Source: Chamaesiphon sp.
GTDB lineage: Bacteria; Cyanobacteriota; Cyanobacteriia; Cyanobacteriales; Chamaesiphonaceae
Assembly (NCBI GenBank): GCA_965246715.1
Contig: CBDFFH010000037.1
Coordinates: 64,001 to 128,000, forward strand
Direction of reading: 5' to 3'
Length of the DNA: 64,000 nt
Below the pieces are notes generated by a model that was not told the origin of the DNA, ran no database searches, and saw only the letters and a list, made by a program, of their open reading frames with translations. Positions 40,508-51,563 of the stretch are shown here, piece after piece (within the stretch, counting starts at the first letter, position 1; each line of letters opens with the position of its first letter). Position numbers and translations under genes: made by a program.

Positions 40508-41722
40508 ATGAAAACTAACCAAATCCTGACCAACTCCCTCACAATTTTAGCTCTAGGTTTAACCTTATTTTGCACGCAACCCGCTCAAGCTGCCGATGTT
40601 AGTCCCAGAGGGGTAAATGTCAAAAGTTTCGGCACGACTACGGTATTTCTCACCTATTTTGGATTAAATAACCAAACCCCCGTCGAAGCATTTTGGTGTG
40701 GCGAAATTAATGCCGATCGATCGTGTGTTTCTGGTACTGTATTTGGGAGATTACCCCGCAGGTATAATATCGGTCGATCGAGTGGTCAAAATAACTATAC
40801 CGATATTATGACTATTCCTGCTTCAGTGGCGCGTAAAGCCTATCAAGATGCGGCGCGGGGTAATAATTCCGATTTCTTCTACGTGCGCCGCTGGCGGAGT
40901 AATAACGGCGGCCCTGATGAATTTGTCGCCGTCACCTGTCGGTTATCTAGTGGTGGGGCGCGAGTACCCTTTAGTATTACCAGTGTCAAACTAGTTACTG
41001 GCGATAAACCCGCACCTGCGGTTTTTACCGGATCGACTTTACCTCCGTTTGGTGCCCAAATTAGCTACAACGGTACGGGTAGATTAAAAGGTAGATGGGA
41101 AGTAGTATTACCTGGCGATCCGCCCCCAACTGGGCGAGATTTATTAACAGAGGCAAGTTTGCCGCTTGAAGAACGGGGTTTGCAACGACGTTATACCCAA
41201 TTAGAACGGTTCGATGTATTCTTGCAGCCAACTGGGCAAGTCTTGTTACCTGGCCCCGATCCGACGAAATTTCCTAAAGGCTCGACTGGTGCTTATCAGA
41301 TTTTATTACGGATCGAAGCAACCGACGATAAAGAAGGCGATTCTAGTATCGGTACGGGGATAGTTAATAGTGGTGGAGTTGCTGGTTTTCCGATGCCTGT
41401 ATTCCGTTATTTTATGACTGCTAATTCAGATAAACTTACCCCGATCGAACCCTTAGCTAATAGTCAAATTACGATCGGGCAAACTCTTCGATTTAGCTGG
41501 CAGGGGATTAGTACTGCGCGAGGTTATAAGTTAGAAATCAAGGATAAAGATCGCGTAATTTTATCAGCTTTATTATCAGCAGAACGCACTACTTATACCG
41601 CACCGCCTTGGCTCAAACAGAAGACAAATAAGTCATTGACTTGGCGCGTCCAGGCTCTCGATCGTGATGGTTCGATTTTAACTCAATCCGTTCCTCAACA
41701 GTTTCAAATTTTAGGAAAATGA
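40508..41722 (+). CDS. Secreted hypothetical protein with C-terminal Ig/FN3-like domain
   Basis: Signal peptide ending AQA; FSW..YKLEI..WRVQAL. Confidence 0.75.
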   Translation: MKTNQILTNSLTILALGLTLFCTQPAQAADVSPRGVNVKSFGTTTVFLTYFGLNNQTPVEAFWCGEINADRSCVSGTVFGRLPRRYNIGRSSGQNNYTDIMTIPASVARKAYQDAARGNNSDFFYVRRWRSNNGGPDEFVAVTCRLSSGGARVPFSITSVKLVTGDKPAPAVFTGSTLPPFGAQISYNGTGRLKGRWEVVLPGDPPPTGRDLLTEASLPLEERGLQRRYTQLERFDVFLQPTGQVLLPGPDPTKFPKGSTGAYQILLRIEATDDKEGDSSIGTGIVNSGGVAGFPMPVFRYFMTANSDKLTPIEPLANSQITIGQTLRFSWQGISTARGYKLEIKDKDRVILSALLSAERTTYTAPPWLKQKTNKSLTWRVQALDRDGSILTQSVPQQFQILGK

Positions 41723-42636
41723 AGCAGATAACTCAACTCAAACCTAACAGCATTGGCTTAATAGCAGCACTATTCGCTGCGGCTACTTGGGGAATGGTAG
41801 GCATCTTCGTCCGTTGGCTGCCCGGATGGTCTGCTTTTGCCGTCCTTTCAAGTCGCTTTCTCGTCGCTACGGCGGTGATGTTACCGATCGTTTTACTAAC
41901 GCCAAGTATCCGAGCCGATTTTACTCGATCCCTTCGCATTGCGCCGATCTGGTGGCTGAGTTCGCTGGCGATCGGCTCTTCCTTTCTGGGCACTACTGCA
42001 TTTCAGATGGCTCCTGTGGGTGAAGTTACATTATTATTTACGACTTCACCCTTGTTTATTATTGCCTACAAATATGTCATGCGCTTAGATATTAAACGAG
42101 GTGAGGGCTGGGGTATTTTAATAGCAACAACTGGAGTAATTATTATTCTACTGCCTCAGTTATCTGGCGATCGAGCCATCTCTTGGCAAACAATATTAGG
42201 CTACCTGTTAGCGTTAGGCGCGGCTGCTATGGTCACACTTTACACGGTTTTATTTGATACTTTTGCCAATCGAGGCATTGCGCCCAAATCGATAAATATT
42301 GTATTTATGACTTGTTTGCTGGGCGGTGTTTTATTTCTGTTGTGTACGATTTTATTCACTAATCTATCGCTAGAAACTAGTATCGATAGACAGGAAATCC
42401 TTGTATTGTTAGGGTTAGGAATCTTTTCTACGGCTTTGCCATTTTTTTGTTACACAGTGGCAGCTCAAAAGTTACCGCTCGTCCTGGCAACGTCAATATT
42501 GCTACTAGAACCAATGTTTGCAGTGTTATTTGCATCGATCGCTTTACGAGAAATTCCCTCACTGTGGTTTGGGATCGGCAGCATTCTGGTTTTCTGGGGA
42601 TGGCGATCGATTGCTAGAACCGCCAATTCCTCATGA
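41719..42636 (+). CDS. DMT/EamA family transporter
   Basis: Ten TM segments, WG start, LLEP. Confidence 0.9.
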   Translation: MKQITQLKPNSIGLIAALFAAATWGMVGIFVRWLPGWSAFAVLSSRFLVATAVMLPIVLLTPSIRADFTRSLRIAPIWWLSSLAIGSSFLGTTAFQMAPVGEVTLLFTTSPLFIIAYKYVMRLDIKRGEGWGILIATTGVIIILLPQLSGDRAISWQTILGYLLALGAAAMVTLYTVLFDTFANRGIAPKSINIVFMTCLLGGVLFLLCTILFTNLSLETSIDRQEILVLLGLGIFSTALPFFCYTVAAQKLPLVLATSILLLEPMFAVLFASIALREIPSLWFGIGSILVFWGWRSIARTANSS

Positions 42637-42738
42637 GTTCCTGGATGAATTTGAATCTCATTTTAGTACTTCGTAGATTGAGACTAAATCTGCAATTCTA
42701 AGCCAATAAATTCTCAACCTAATTTTAAGACTTTTGCC

Positions 42739-44235
42739 ATGAAATCGATACCGTTGCTCGCCAAGCTCCAAACTTTTTTGTCCGAACCTTTAGAAGTGAA
42801 GCTACAGCGATCGATCGCCACTGATTTAGAGGCGCACGTACTAGAGCTGTTTCATACTGTCGTCGATTCGGTACCAGCTTATCGACAGTTCCTGCAAGTG
42901 CAAGGCATCGATCCCGCCTCGATTCAGACGCTCGCGGCATTTCAACAGTTACCGTTGGTCACTAAAGCCAATTACATCAAGCAATATCCGCTCGCCGAAA
43001 TTTGTCGGGCTGGTAATTTATCGACTTGCGACATGCTGGCGGTATCTTCTGGCTCTACTGGCGAACCCACCTGCTGGCCGCGCCAGATTAGCGATGAGTT
43101 AGAGATTGCCACCAGATTTGAGTATATCTTTCGCGAAAGCTTTCAAGCCGATCGGCGTTCCACTTTAGCGGTGATTTGCTTTGCTTTGGGGACTTGGGTG
43201 GGGGGTATGTATACCGCCGCTTGTTGTCGGTGGTTGGCGACTAAGGGGTATCAGATCGCGGTAATTACGCCAGGAAACAATAAGACCGAAATTCTCCGCG
43301 TCGTGCAGGCATTGGGTGGGCAGTTTGAGCAAATAGTATTGCTGGGCTATCCACCTTTTTTGAAAGATGTGGTGGATACTGGCATTCAACAAGGCGTGCG
43401 ATGGTCGGATTACGCCATCAAATTGGTGATGGCGGGGGAAGTTTTTAGCGAAGAATGGCGATCGTTAGTGGGACAACGGCTCGGTTCGATCGATTATTGC
43501 TATGATTCGGCATCTTTATTTGGGACTGCTGATGCGGGGGTGTTGGGGCATGAAACCCCGTTATCGATTTGTATTCGGCGGTTTCTAGCTACTCATCCAG
43601 ATGCCGCTCGGCAATTGTTTGGCGAATCCCGCCTCCCGACGCTGGTGCAGTACGATCCGACCAGCCGCTTTTTTGAAGTTCATGAGGGTACGCTATTATT
43701 TTCTGGCGATAATGGGGTGCCACTGATTCGCTATCATATCGCCGACACTGGGGGCATTATTAGCTATGCAACGATGCTCCAGTTCCTCCAAGACTGGGGT
43801 TTTGACCCGTTGGCAGTGCTAGAAACAGATCGAGGTGTCCATGCCTTGCCCTTTGTGTATGTGTTTGGTCGATCTCAATTTGCAATTTCTTACTTTGGTG
43901 CGAACCTCTACCCTGAAAATATTGCGGTTGGTTTAGAACAACCCGCGATCCAAGATTGGGTGACTGGCAAGTTTGTGATGCAAATAATTGAAGATGAGGA
44001 TGGCCATCGATTCTTGTCAGTTCTGGTGGAATTGGCTCTTGGGGTCGAGCCAGATCGTGACAATGCTCAGAGAATCTCCCGATCGATCTTGGAACAGTTA
44101 CGGCGGCTAAATAGCGAGTTTGCCAACTATGTCCCGACTGAATATCAACAGCCGCAGATAACTCTCAAACCAATGGGCGATCCCGACTTTTTCCCTGTCG
44201 GTGTCAAACATAGCTACACTCGGTTGAGTCTTTAA
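42739..44235 (+). CDS. Phenylacetate-CoA ligase-like adenylate-forming enzyme
   Basis: SSGSTGEP, GYPPF, AGE, PLIRY.I.D, FGR. Confidence 0.85.
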   Translation: MKSIPLLAKLQTFLSEPLEVKLQRSIATDLEAHVLELFHTVVDSVPAYRQFLQVQGIDPASIQTLAAFQQLPLVTKANYIKQYPLAEICRAGNLSTCDMLAVSSGSTGEPTCWPRQISDELEIATRFEYIFRESFQADRRSTLAVICFALGTWVGGMYTAACCRWLATKGYQIAVITPGNNKTEILRVVQALGGQFEQIVLLGYPPFLKDVVDTGIQQGVRWSDYAIKLVMAGEVFSEEWRSLVGQRLGSIDYCYDSASLFGTADAGVLGHETPLSICIRRFLATHPDAARQLFGESRLPTLVQYDPTSRFFEVHEGTLLFSGDNGVPLIRYHIADTGGIISYATMLQFLQDWGFDPLAVLETDRGVHALPFVYVFGRSQFAISYFGANLYPENIAVGLEQPAIQDWVTGKFVMQIIEDEDGHRFLSVLVELALGVEPDRDNAQRISRSILEQLRRLNSEFANYVPTEYQQPQITLKPMGDPDFFPVGVKHSYTRLSL

Positions 44236-44379
44236 AATTATTGAATTATCTCAATGACCCGACCCCGAAAAGTTTCCATTCCCGATCGAACCATCAACTT
44301 CAACTGGTCGAACAAATGCTTAATATTCAACACTTCACCTTTGATATCTCAATTTTGTTGTTAGCGATCGCGTTGATTA

Positions 44380-45056
44380 TAAGTAGGTAAGGACAATTAA
44401 ATATAAAATAGTATTCTTAATACAAGATGTGAAGCTATGCCAGCCCAGGTAAGGATTATCTTAACAGGAGAAAATCGAACACTCAGAGAACTGCGCCAAG
44501 CTCAAACAGTCCCACAACGGGTCAGAGAACGTGCTCATATCTTGCAATTGAATGCTCAAGGGCGCAGCACAGCCGAGATTGCCAAAACGACTTGAACAAC
44601 CGCTCAAATCCGATGGTAAGCGGATTAGCATTCTCGGACTATGGCAGCCAGGAGAACAGTTTGAATATGCATTGGCACAAGGCGGCTTTAATAGTCAAAG
44701 CTACATTAAAGTCATGGATTGGGTTGCCAACAAAGCGGCGACTACTCTAGCATTAACAGGTCGATTAACTGTTATGGTACAAGATCATGGCTCTTTACAT
44801 AATAGTAAAATTGTCCGCCAACAATTTACCAGATCGCAGGAGCAAGGGCTATCAATCTTCTTTTTACCCCCTTACTGTTCAGAAATGAATCCAATTGAGG
44901 GTCAATGGCATCAACTCAAAAATCATGAGTTGACTGGACGAATATTTGATAATCAGTATGACTTGGCTGTCGTCGTGATGGATGGAATGAAGGCTCGTGG
45001 CGATCGACATAACTACACTCTCGATCGTTTTATATTTAATTCCACTTAGCTACTTA
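44380..45056 (+). mobile_element. IS630-family internally deleted element
   Basis: Ends TAAGTAGGTAAGGACAATTAAATATAAAA and TTTTATATTTAATTCCACTTAGCTACTTA, TA target; LPPYCSEMNPIE. Confidence 0.85.
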
Positions 45057-45417
45057 CATACGATCTCCGAAGTCTGGATTCCTGCATATCAAAAAGTCCA
45101 ACCAGACTGGCGGTCGGTCGTTTTAGATCGTGCGCTTTTCTTGGATAATTTGCCTATTTTTATCTTATCGATTGATCTGTCATGTATAATTATTGGCTCG
45201 GATCTAACAGCATCGGCACAATTTATGAACTGCCTCTATTGAACCCACATTCCGCTAGTTCAGGTAAGCAAAAAACAATTAAAACGAGGCAACAGGGATC
45301 GTAGCAATTTCTTCTTGATTAATTCTCAATAAGCAAAGGTTAATGATAATAATCGAGCGAGTTTTAACAACAGATCGGTCGCACAGAAGTGTTGCTAAAA
45401 AACACTCACGACTCTCA

Positions 45418-45786
45418 CTATTCACGGACTCGATCTGGAAAAGATATCTCCAACACTACACAACCAATATCGGTTGTGAATGGCCCGTGAATCTCTCCAG
45501 GTGGTCTACTGGCATAATGTCCGGTTTCTAGCCACATATCAAAGGCTAGATCGTAAAGACGACCGCTGATAATCAAAATCTCTTCAGGATAGTCGTGACT
45601 TTTCGCACCGAAACTAGTCGTATCGGTACCAGGATAAAACCGAGTTAAGCGGGTGTATTCACCAGTTTCAACATCGATGCTCAGAGTCAGTTCTTCTACC
45701 ATTTCTTCAAGCCCTGCGCTCGATTTCCACAGGGTTTTATTTGCTTGATGTAATGGGTTCCAATACTCGATCGTCGATTTTGGCAT
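45418..45786 (-). CDS. Cupin-domain protein (ChrR-like)
   Basis: HDYPEE, RPPGEIHGPF. Confidence 0.85.
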   Translation of the reverse strand: MPKSTIEYWNPLHQANKTLWKSSAGLEEMVEELTLSIDVETGEYTRLTRFYPGTDTTSFGAKSHDYPEEILIISGRLYDLAFDMWLETGHYASRPPGEIHGPFTTDIGCVVLEISFPDRVRE

Positions 45787-45803
45787 ATCACCTCATTTTA
45801 ATA

Positions 45804-46184
45804 TCAGCGTGGCGGAATTTCACTAGTGTGACCTGCGATAATTTGGATCGAGCCACTAGCAGAGATCGCCCAAACACGGGTAAATCGAATATTTTGTTCG
45901 ACTGGAATACCTTCATAACTGCCTAATATGTGCATCAAAACAGAAACAACTGCAAACCCACCCTTGAGTTGAATCTGTCGATCTGATGGTGTAATTTCGG
46001 TAAACTTAAATTTCCCAGAACGGTGAGCATCAAGATCTTCCTGTTTACTAAAAATTTGTCCCAGATGATTTGTAAACAGCAGTTCGGGTGCGATTAAATC
46101 ATCTAGTTCGGCAACATCAGAATGCAGCATTGCTTGTCTGAGTCGCTCTTCTAGTTCGATGATTTGAGCTTGAGTAACTATCAT
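45804..46184 (-). CDS. NTF2-like DUF4440 protein
   Basis: L.LE..L..AM..SDV..LD.L, RFTRVW. Confidence 0.85.
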   Translation of the reverse strand: MIVTQAQIIELEERLRQAMLHSDVAELDDLIAPELLFTNHLGQIFSKQEDLDAHRSGKFKFTEITPSDRQIQLKGGFAVVSVLMHILGSYEGIPVEQNIRFTRVWAISASGSIQIIAGHTSEIPPR

Positions 46185-46577
46185 AATTTGCTCCCATTGT
46201 TTCCGAAATAGTATTTTGTTAGAGAGGTAGCATTTTACTTTTGGTTATATGCTCGATCTTAATAATTGTACATTCCATAGATATTTGTCCACATTCCATA
46301 ATTGCTGTCCCGTCATAAATAAGAGCTGAAAAGCATTTCAGCAAAAGATTGTAGCGATTTATATTAACTTGTCTATCTTCCTGGAAAATTAAATAGATAT
46401 TTGCCTTTTTCTAAAAAGCGATCGAAAAGTTTTAGCATCGATCGATGCCTTTCGCTACCAGATTAACTGCTAGCAAACCCGAACAAATTTGGTAAAATAT
46501 CGCAGTGCCTCGATCGAGGCTCTTTGAGCCGCTCGATCCGAGAAAAATGGGTGAATTTGACCATCTAAGAGTGGTAC

Positions 46578-46681
46578 CAATACGGTTCGGTTAAAGGAAT
46601 ATTTGGTTGAGTTTTAGTCCGCGTAGGCGGACTTTGCATCATTAGCCCCGATTTTAATCGGTGGCTAACCGAACCGTATTG
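46578..46681. mobile_element. 104-bp MITE
   Basis: TIR CAATACGGTTCGGTTA / TAACCGAACCGTATTG; 10-bp TSD AGAGTGGTAC. Confidence 0.85.
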
Positions 46682-46929
46682 AGAGTGGTACTGCTTTCCG
46701 ACCCTGTTACTCTGTCCGCCCTTGATGCTGCTTCTCATGGACTTGCAAAAGCTTGTTGGTGAGAAGGAAAAGTCATATCATAAAGTCTCTTGAAAGCTGC
46801 TGTTTGAGTTCGCTTGAGGCTTTGGTGATATCTGTCGGTCTGACTGCTTCATGGGCTTCCTGAGCGTCTTTGGAACTGCGCTGTTTGGCAACTTTTGTCG
46901 GTACGTTATCTTTATCGTGGGACATAATG

Positions 46930-47079
46930 CACCATCCCCATCGTTAGCGAGTTGGCGAATATGCCCGATAGCGAAGCGCTGCCTTGGCATGTCGATGCCT
47001 TGACATCCCAGTCGGAGCCGAGGATACTCCTAAGCTTTTTGATTTTGCCAGCAGATTCAACAATCAACAGATTTCGCAT
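46930..47079 (-). pseudogene. N-terminal Toprim fragment of a type IA topoisomerase, frameshifted by a 23-nt insertion
   Basis: MRNLLIVESAGKIKKL..W.VKAS / IGHIRQLANDG. Confidence 0.75.
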
Positions 47080-47212
47080 AAATTTAGGTGAACTGAGGAT
47101 TTGGCTAAACGAGCGATCTTCACTCGATCGTTCGATCCACAATCATATAATTATTATGGTTCCCGATCGATTCGAGCAATTTATGTAGTAATTTAGCTGC
47201 AAGTATATTCCT

Positions 47213-47611
47213 TCAAGCAATTGTAAAAATCTTATTTAAACCATCAAAAGTAATTACGTGACGGTTAAGAACATTCCTGCCTATAATTGCTTCACCGTTA
47301 AGAATCCGATCTGGAACCGCGAATACTTTATTTTTAACAAAGGTACTATTATCGAAACTCAATTTCAGAAAGAAGGGAACTCCAACAACTACTTCCCCCA
47401 GCAGTTTGAAGGTGGAAGGCTCTGTTCTAATAGATCTTGCTTTAATGCTCGATACCAGTGACATCGACACGACAGTTACATCAGATCCGGTGTCTAATAT
47501 TCCACAATCATTAGCAGCCGTTCTTTCAGGCTCTTCAAAATTAACAAAATAAATTATAGTAGCTGGGATTGCGGGTTTATCACCAATTTCAATATAGGAA
47601 AAACTAGGCAT
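47213..47611 (-). CDS. Retropepsin-like aspartyl protease
   Basis: ILDTGS and IIGRN motifs. Confidence 0.8.
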   Translation of the reverse strand: MPSFSYIEIGDKPAIPATIIYFVNFEEPERTAANDCGILDTGSDVTVVSMSLVSSIKARSIRTEPSTFKLLGEVVVGVPFFLKLSFDNSTFVKNKVFAVPDRILNGEAIIGRNVLNRHVITFDGLNKIFTIA

Positions 47612-47765
47612 TAACTTCTCGATTAGGAACGAAAGTACAGAGAATTCCTTCTCTATCCTTAAAAAAGTCAGTTTCGGATATCCGATCTAACAAAGTATCT
47701 TCACTGAGATCGGCATCGATTACCCGTCCATCTTCAAATATGATAAATTGTCCACTGTATCGATC
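47604..47765 (-). pseudogene. Fragment of small partner protein (DUF5678-like) upstream of the protease
   Basis: YSGQFIIFEDGRVIDADLSEDTLL; stop overlaps the protease start. Confidence 0.45.
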
Positions 47766-48084
47766 GATCGAGGAAAATATTCAGCTAGAAAATCAGGATT
47801 TAAACGATCCATTAGTTCGATCGAGATTTTACAATCAAATGAAATTGAGTGCGGGCAGATTCAGCAAGCTTATCAAAACACACTATTGCACTGGTCTGTG
47901 AGAGTCGATCGAAATGTGGATGATCTTCGATCGATAGTAACTGAACTCAATAAAATTCCTCAAGGATCTTTTCAGTATTCTGCACTAGATGAATTCATTG
48001 CCAATTTTTTCAAAGAAACAGCCGATCCTGTTATAATTGCAGCTTTAACTCAATGGGAAAGAGAATACTGTCAGAATATCGATA

Positions 48085-49820
48085 AGGCTGATTAGCAGTG
48101 ATGAGCAAACTTTTGCGCTCATAGCGATGAGCAATTAACTCAAACAGCACCGAAGTTTCCGCCTCAGACTTCTTGACATAGCCCAGATCGTCAAGCACCA
48201 GCAAATCAAAACGATCTAGCTTCCTGAGTAAAGCTGGAAGTTGTAATTGCAGTTTCGCGTGCTGCAACTCTTGAACTAAAGCATTAGCAGCAAAGAACTT
48301 AGCCCGCTTACCCAACTCCACCATTCGACGAGTCAAACCAGCAGCCAGATGAGTTTTCCCCACCCCAGATGGCCCAAACATCAGACAATTTCCAGCTCGC
48401 TCCAGCCAAGTAGTATCTTCAGCCAACTGCATCAGTGGTGCAGGATTGAAGTTAGGACAATGGGTAAAATCAAAGTTGGAAAAACTTTTTGCGCTGGGAA
48501 GTTGAGCCTCGACCAGTGCTCGTTGTAGCCGCAGATCGTTGCGGCGTTGTGTCTCTTGTTCGCATAATGCCAGTAAGAATTTGGCATAAGACCATTGCCT
48601 CTGCTTGGTGCAACGCACGCTGAGGAGACCTCAGCGCGATTGCATCCGCTGCATAGCTTGGTGTTCGATAGATTCCCAGTGCGCGAGCATGTGAGTCAAT
48701 CGGAGCTGTTTGAGGTGGAGCATCAGGTGCTGGTGAGGACTCAGGGCTGTCGTTGAGGGCACTGGTGCGCTCGGATATTTCAGCGATATACGCTGCGTTG
48801 GCTTGCGTTAAGCCAATTTCTCTTGCGTTCATATACGCTCTTGTTTGGTATAAATGGATAGCTTTTGTTGACACTAGATTTTTTCTCTTTGCTGGGAGAT
48901 TTTCTAGTGTCTTTCTTTTTGGCTAGCTAACGATCTATTTCTCTCTTCTCGATCTGCGACCCGACAAGACTGTCATTTCACCCGCCAATGTCAGGTTCTT
49001 CCGAGCTTTTGGTGAAACTGGCTCTAACCGCAGCGTAGTCCACAAACAGGCCCTCAGCAAACTGCACAAAGGGTTTGAGCGAACTTTTAAGAGCCTTCAT
49101 CAACCAACGATCGAAAATATCTGCTTTCCGGTCTGCAAGAAGGGCAATCGGTTGATTGAGTTCTAAATCGACTAAGATTGTGCCGTATCGCTGACCTTTA
49201 CAAAAAGCAAAATCATCAACTCCCAGAATTCTGGGTACTGCAAATTTAGGCAATGATAGCTTTTTGAGGTGATTCAAGAGCGTACTTCCACAAGTCACAA
49301 TCCCGATTTGATGACACAGCCGAGCACCTGCTGCGCCACAATCATGCTAATCCAATCTTCTGTAGCCGATCGCTTAATCTCCCTGTCTTTCTTGCCCAAG
49401 GTACGGTCACTTCAGGTATCCGCTCTGTGAACACCCGCCGAATGCAGTCTGAATTATCACAAAAGAACTTACACACTTGCATTACTAAGGTCAAACTGTA
49501 GTTGACACAGGGCAAGTCTAAGAGCGTTCGTTCGTAACGGCTATGGATACGTGTAGTTGGATTAGCACACAACGGGCAGTGGACTAATGTTTGGGTTGAG
49601 GATACATTCAAAGTGAGGTGATGCTGGTCTGTGTCGATTTCCTCGTGTTCCAACCGCAGCAGGTTGAAACCAGGGAGTAGGCATTGGAGAAATTGTGTGG
49701 TCATCTTACTCACAGCATAATCTCTTTTCTAGAATTCGCTCGTTGGTGAAACCTCTCCCCTGGAGAATCGTCCAGTTTCACCAAAAGCTCGGAAGAACCC
49801 AATGTCATTGTCGTCTAACA
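48085..49820 (-). mobile_element. IS21-family remnant (istA and istB fragments), left end interrupted by ISL3
   Basis: IstB GPSGVGKTHL, LDDLGY; terminal TGTTAGACGACAA at 49820. Confidence 0.75.
48994..49799 (-). mobile_element. ISL3-family internally deleted element
   Basis: TIR GGTTCTTCCGAGCTTTTGGTGAAAC; 8-bp TSD CAATGTCA; CPLC..HSRY, GVDDFAF. Confidence 0.9.
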
Positions 49821-50025
49821 GATCGCGATCGCCAGGTGTGTAATGCAAGGGTAGATCGCTAAACCAAGAAATCAGTTTGTTCGATATAACTTTTTACCTC
49901 TTGTAAACAACTGAAAGAAATACTAACATTAATTGTAGGAAGAGGAACTGTAACTAGAGGTCTAGAATTATTGGACAAGCTCGAGCGAATGACAGATTGA
50001 TTAGTAGGGCAATCGCATAACCTTT

Positions 50026-51536
50026 CAGGTTAAACGCACTTAAATTTGTTATTACTAAAAACTTTGACGATCGAATGAATAAATAGCATCTAGAAATCTT
50101 GTAATTACTGCTAGGTAATAGTTAGAGCTAATTAACTATGTTAGAATTTAACAAATTTAATTTAACTAAAATGAAGCTGAAGCCAAAATATAGTATTATA
50201 GAACACTTCGAGAGTGTAGAAGACTACAGGACAGAGCGCGGGAAAAAGCATAAATTAATTGATATCATCACCATTACCATTTGTGCTGTAGTATCTGGAG
50301 CTGATACATGGATAGATATAGAAATTTATGGTTTGGCGAAGAAGGAATGGCTAGGTAAATTTTTAGAGTTGCCGCATGGTATTCCATCACATGATACATT
50401 TGGAAGGGTATTTTCACGAATTAATCCTGAAGAATTTCAAAAAAGTTTCCTGAGTTGGGTTAAAGGAATATCTAAAATAACAGCAGGAGAAATAATTGCA
50501 CTTGACGGCAAACAATCTCGAAATTCAGGAGATAATACTAATGGACAAGGTGTACTAAATACTGTTAGTGCATGGGCTGTAACTAATAGATTAGTATTAG
50601 GACAGAAAATGGTTGAGGGCAAATCTAATGAAATCACAGCACTTCCTGAATTAATTAAAGTTCTAGATTTAGCCGGATGTATAGTTACCATTGATGCAAT
50701 GGGATGTCAAAGAGAAATAGTAAAAAAAATTGTTGAAAAAGATGCAGATTATGTAATTGCTGTGAAAAAGAATCAACCAAGTTTATACGACCAAGTAGAA
50801 AGGCTATTTAAACAGGCTATTGCAACTGGTGGCGCAGGTTTCAATCTGAGTGATTTCAGGACTAAGGAGATTAATGGGGGTAGGGAAGAAATCCGTAATT
50901 ATTTAATGATATCAGATGTTGCCGATCGAATAGATTCATCCCATAACTGGATGAAATTGACTAGTATTGCGATGGTTGAATCAGTAAGAACTATTGGGGA
51001 TAAAACCACCATAGAGACTCGTTATTTTATTAGTAGTTTAGCTAATAATGCCAAGAGAGTCGCCGGAGCAATTAGAGGTCATTGGGGGATAGAAAATTCA
51101 CTTCATTGGGTACTTGATGTTTCTTTAAGAGAAGATTATAGTCGAATTAGGAAAGATAATGCGCCAGCTAATTTTGCAGTATTACGGCACATAGCTATTA
51201 ACTTAATTAGTCAAAATAAAAGTCGGAAATTAAGTGTGAAAAGCAAGAGATTTCTAGCAGGTATAGATGACAAATACTTGGCTGAAATTTTAGAAGGTAT
51301 TTTATAATTTACGAACTATTGGTTGAAATCAAATTACTTCTATAATATATCGACGATTTAAGTTATTCCTTCGATCGACTACTTTATATTGCATTAAATT
51401 AAATAAATATTGCCTTATACTATACATCAGTTCTAATTGAATTCGTCGTAAATGTATTTAGTTCATAAATACTGCTTAAGTTGTATGTATTATTGAATTC
51501 GATCGCCTCATATCAAGTTTTGATGCGTTTAACCTG
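50026..51536 (+). mobile_element. Second ISAs1-family IS type, full length (transposase 50171..51307)
   Basis: TIR CAGGTTAAACGCA; TSD CATAACCTTT; HWGIENSLHW. Confidence 0.95.
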
Positions 51537-51563
51537 CATAACCTTTGCTTCACGAGAATTTTT

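Noticed and set aside
47748..48095. Possible fragment of a vWA-MoxR-associated protein
   Set aside because: Only a vague resemblance, with no start context, between deletion junctions
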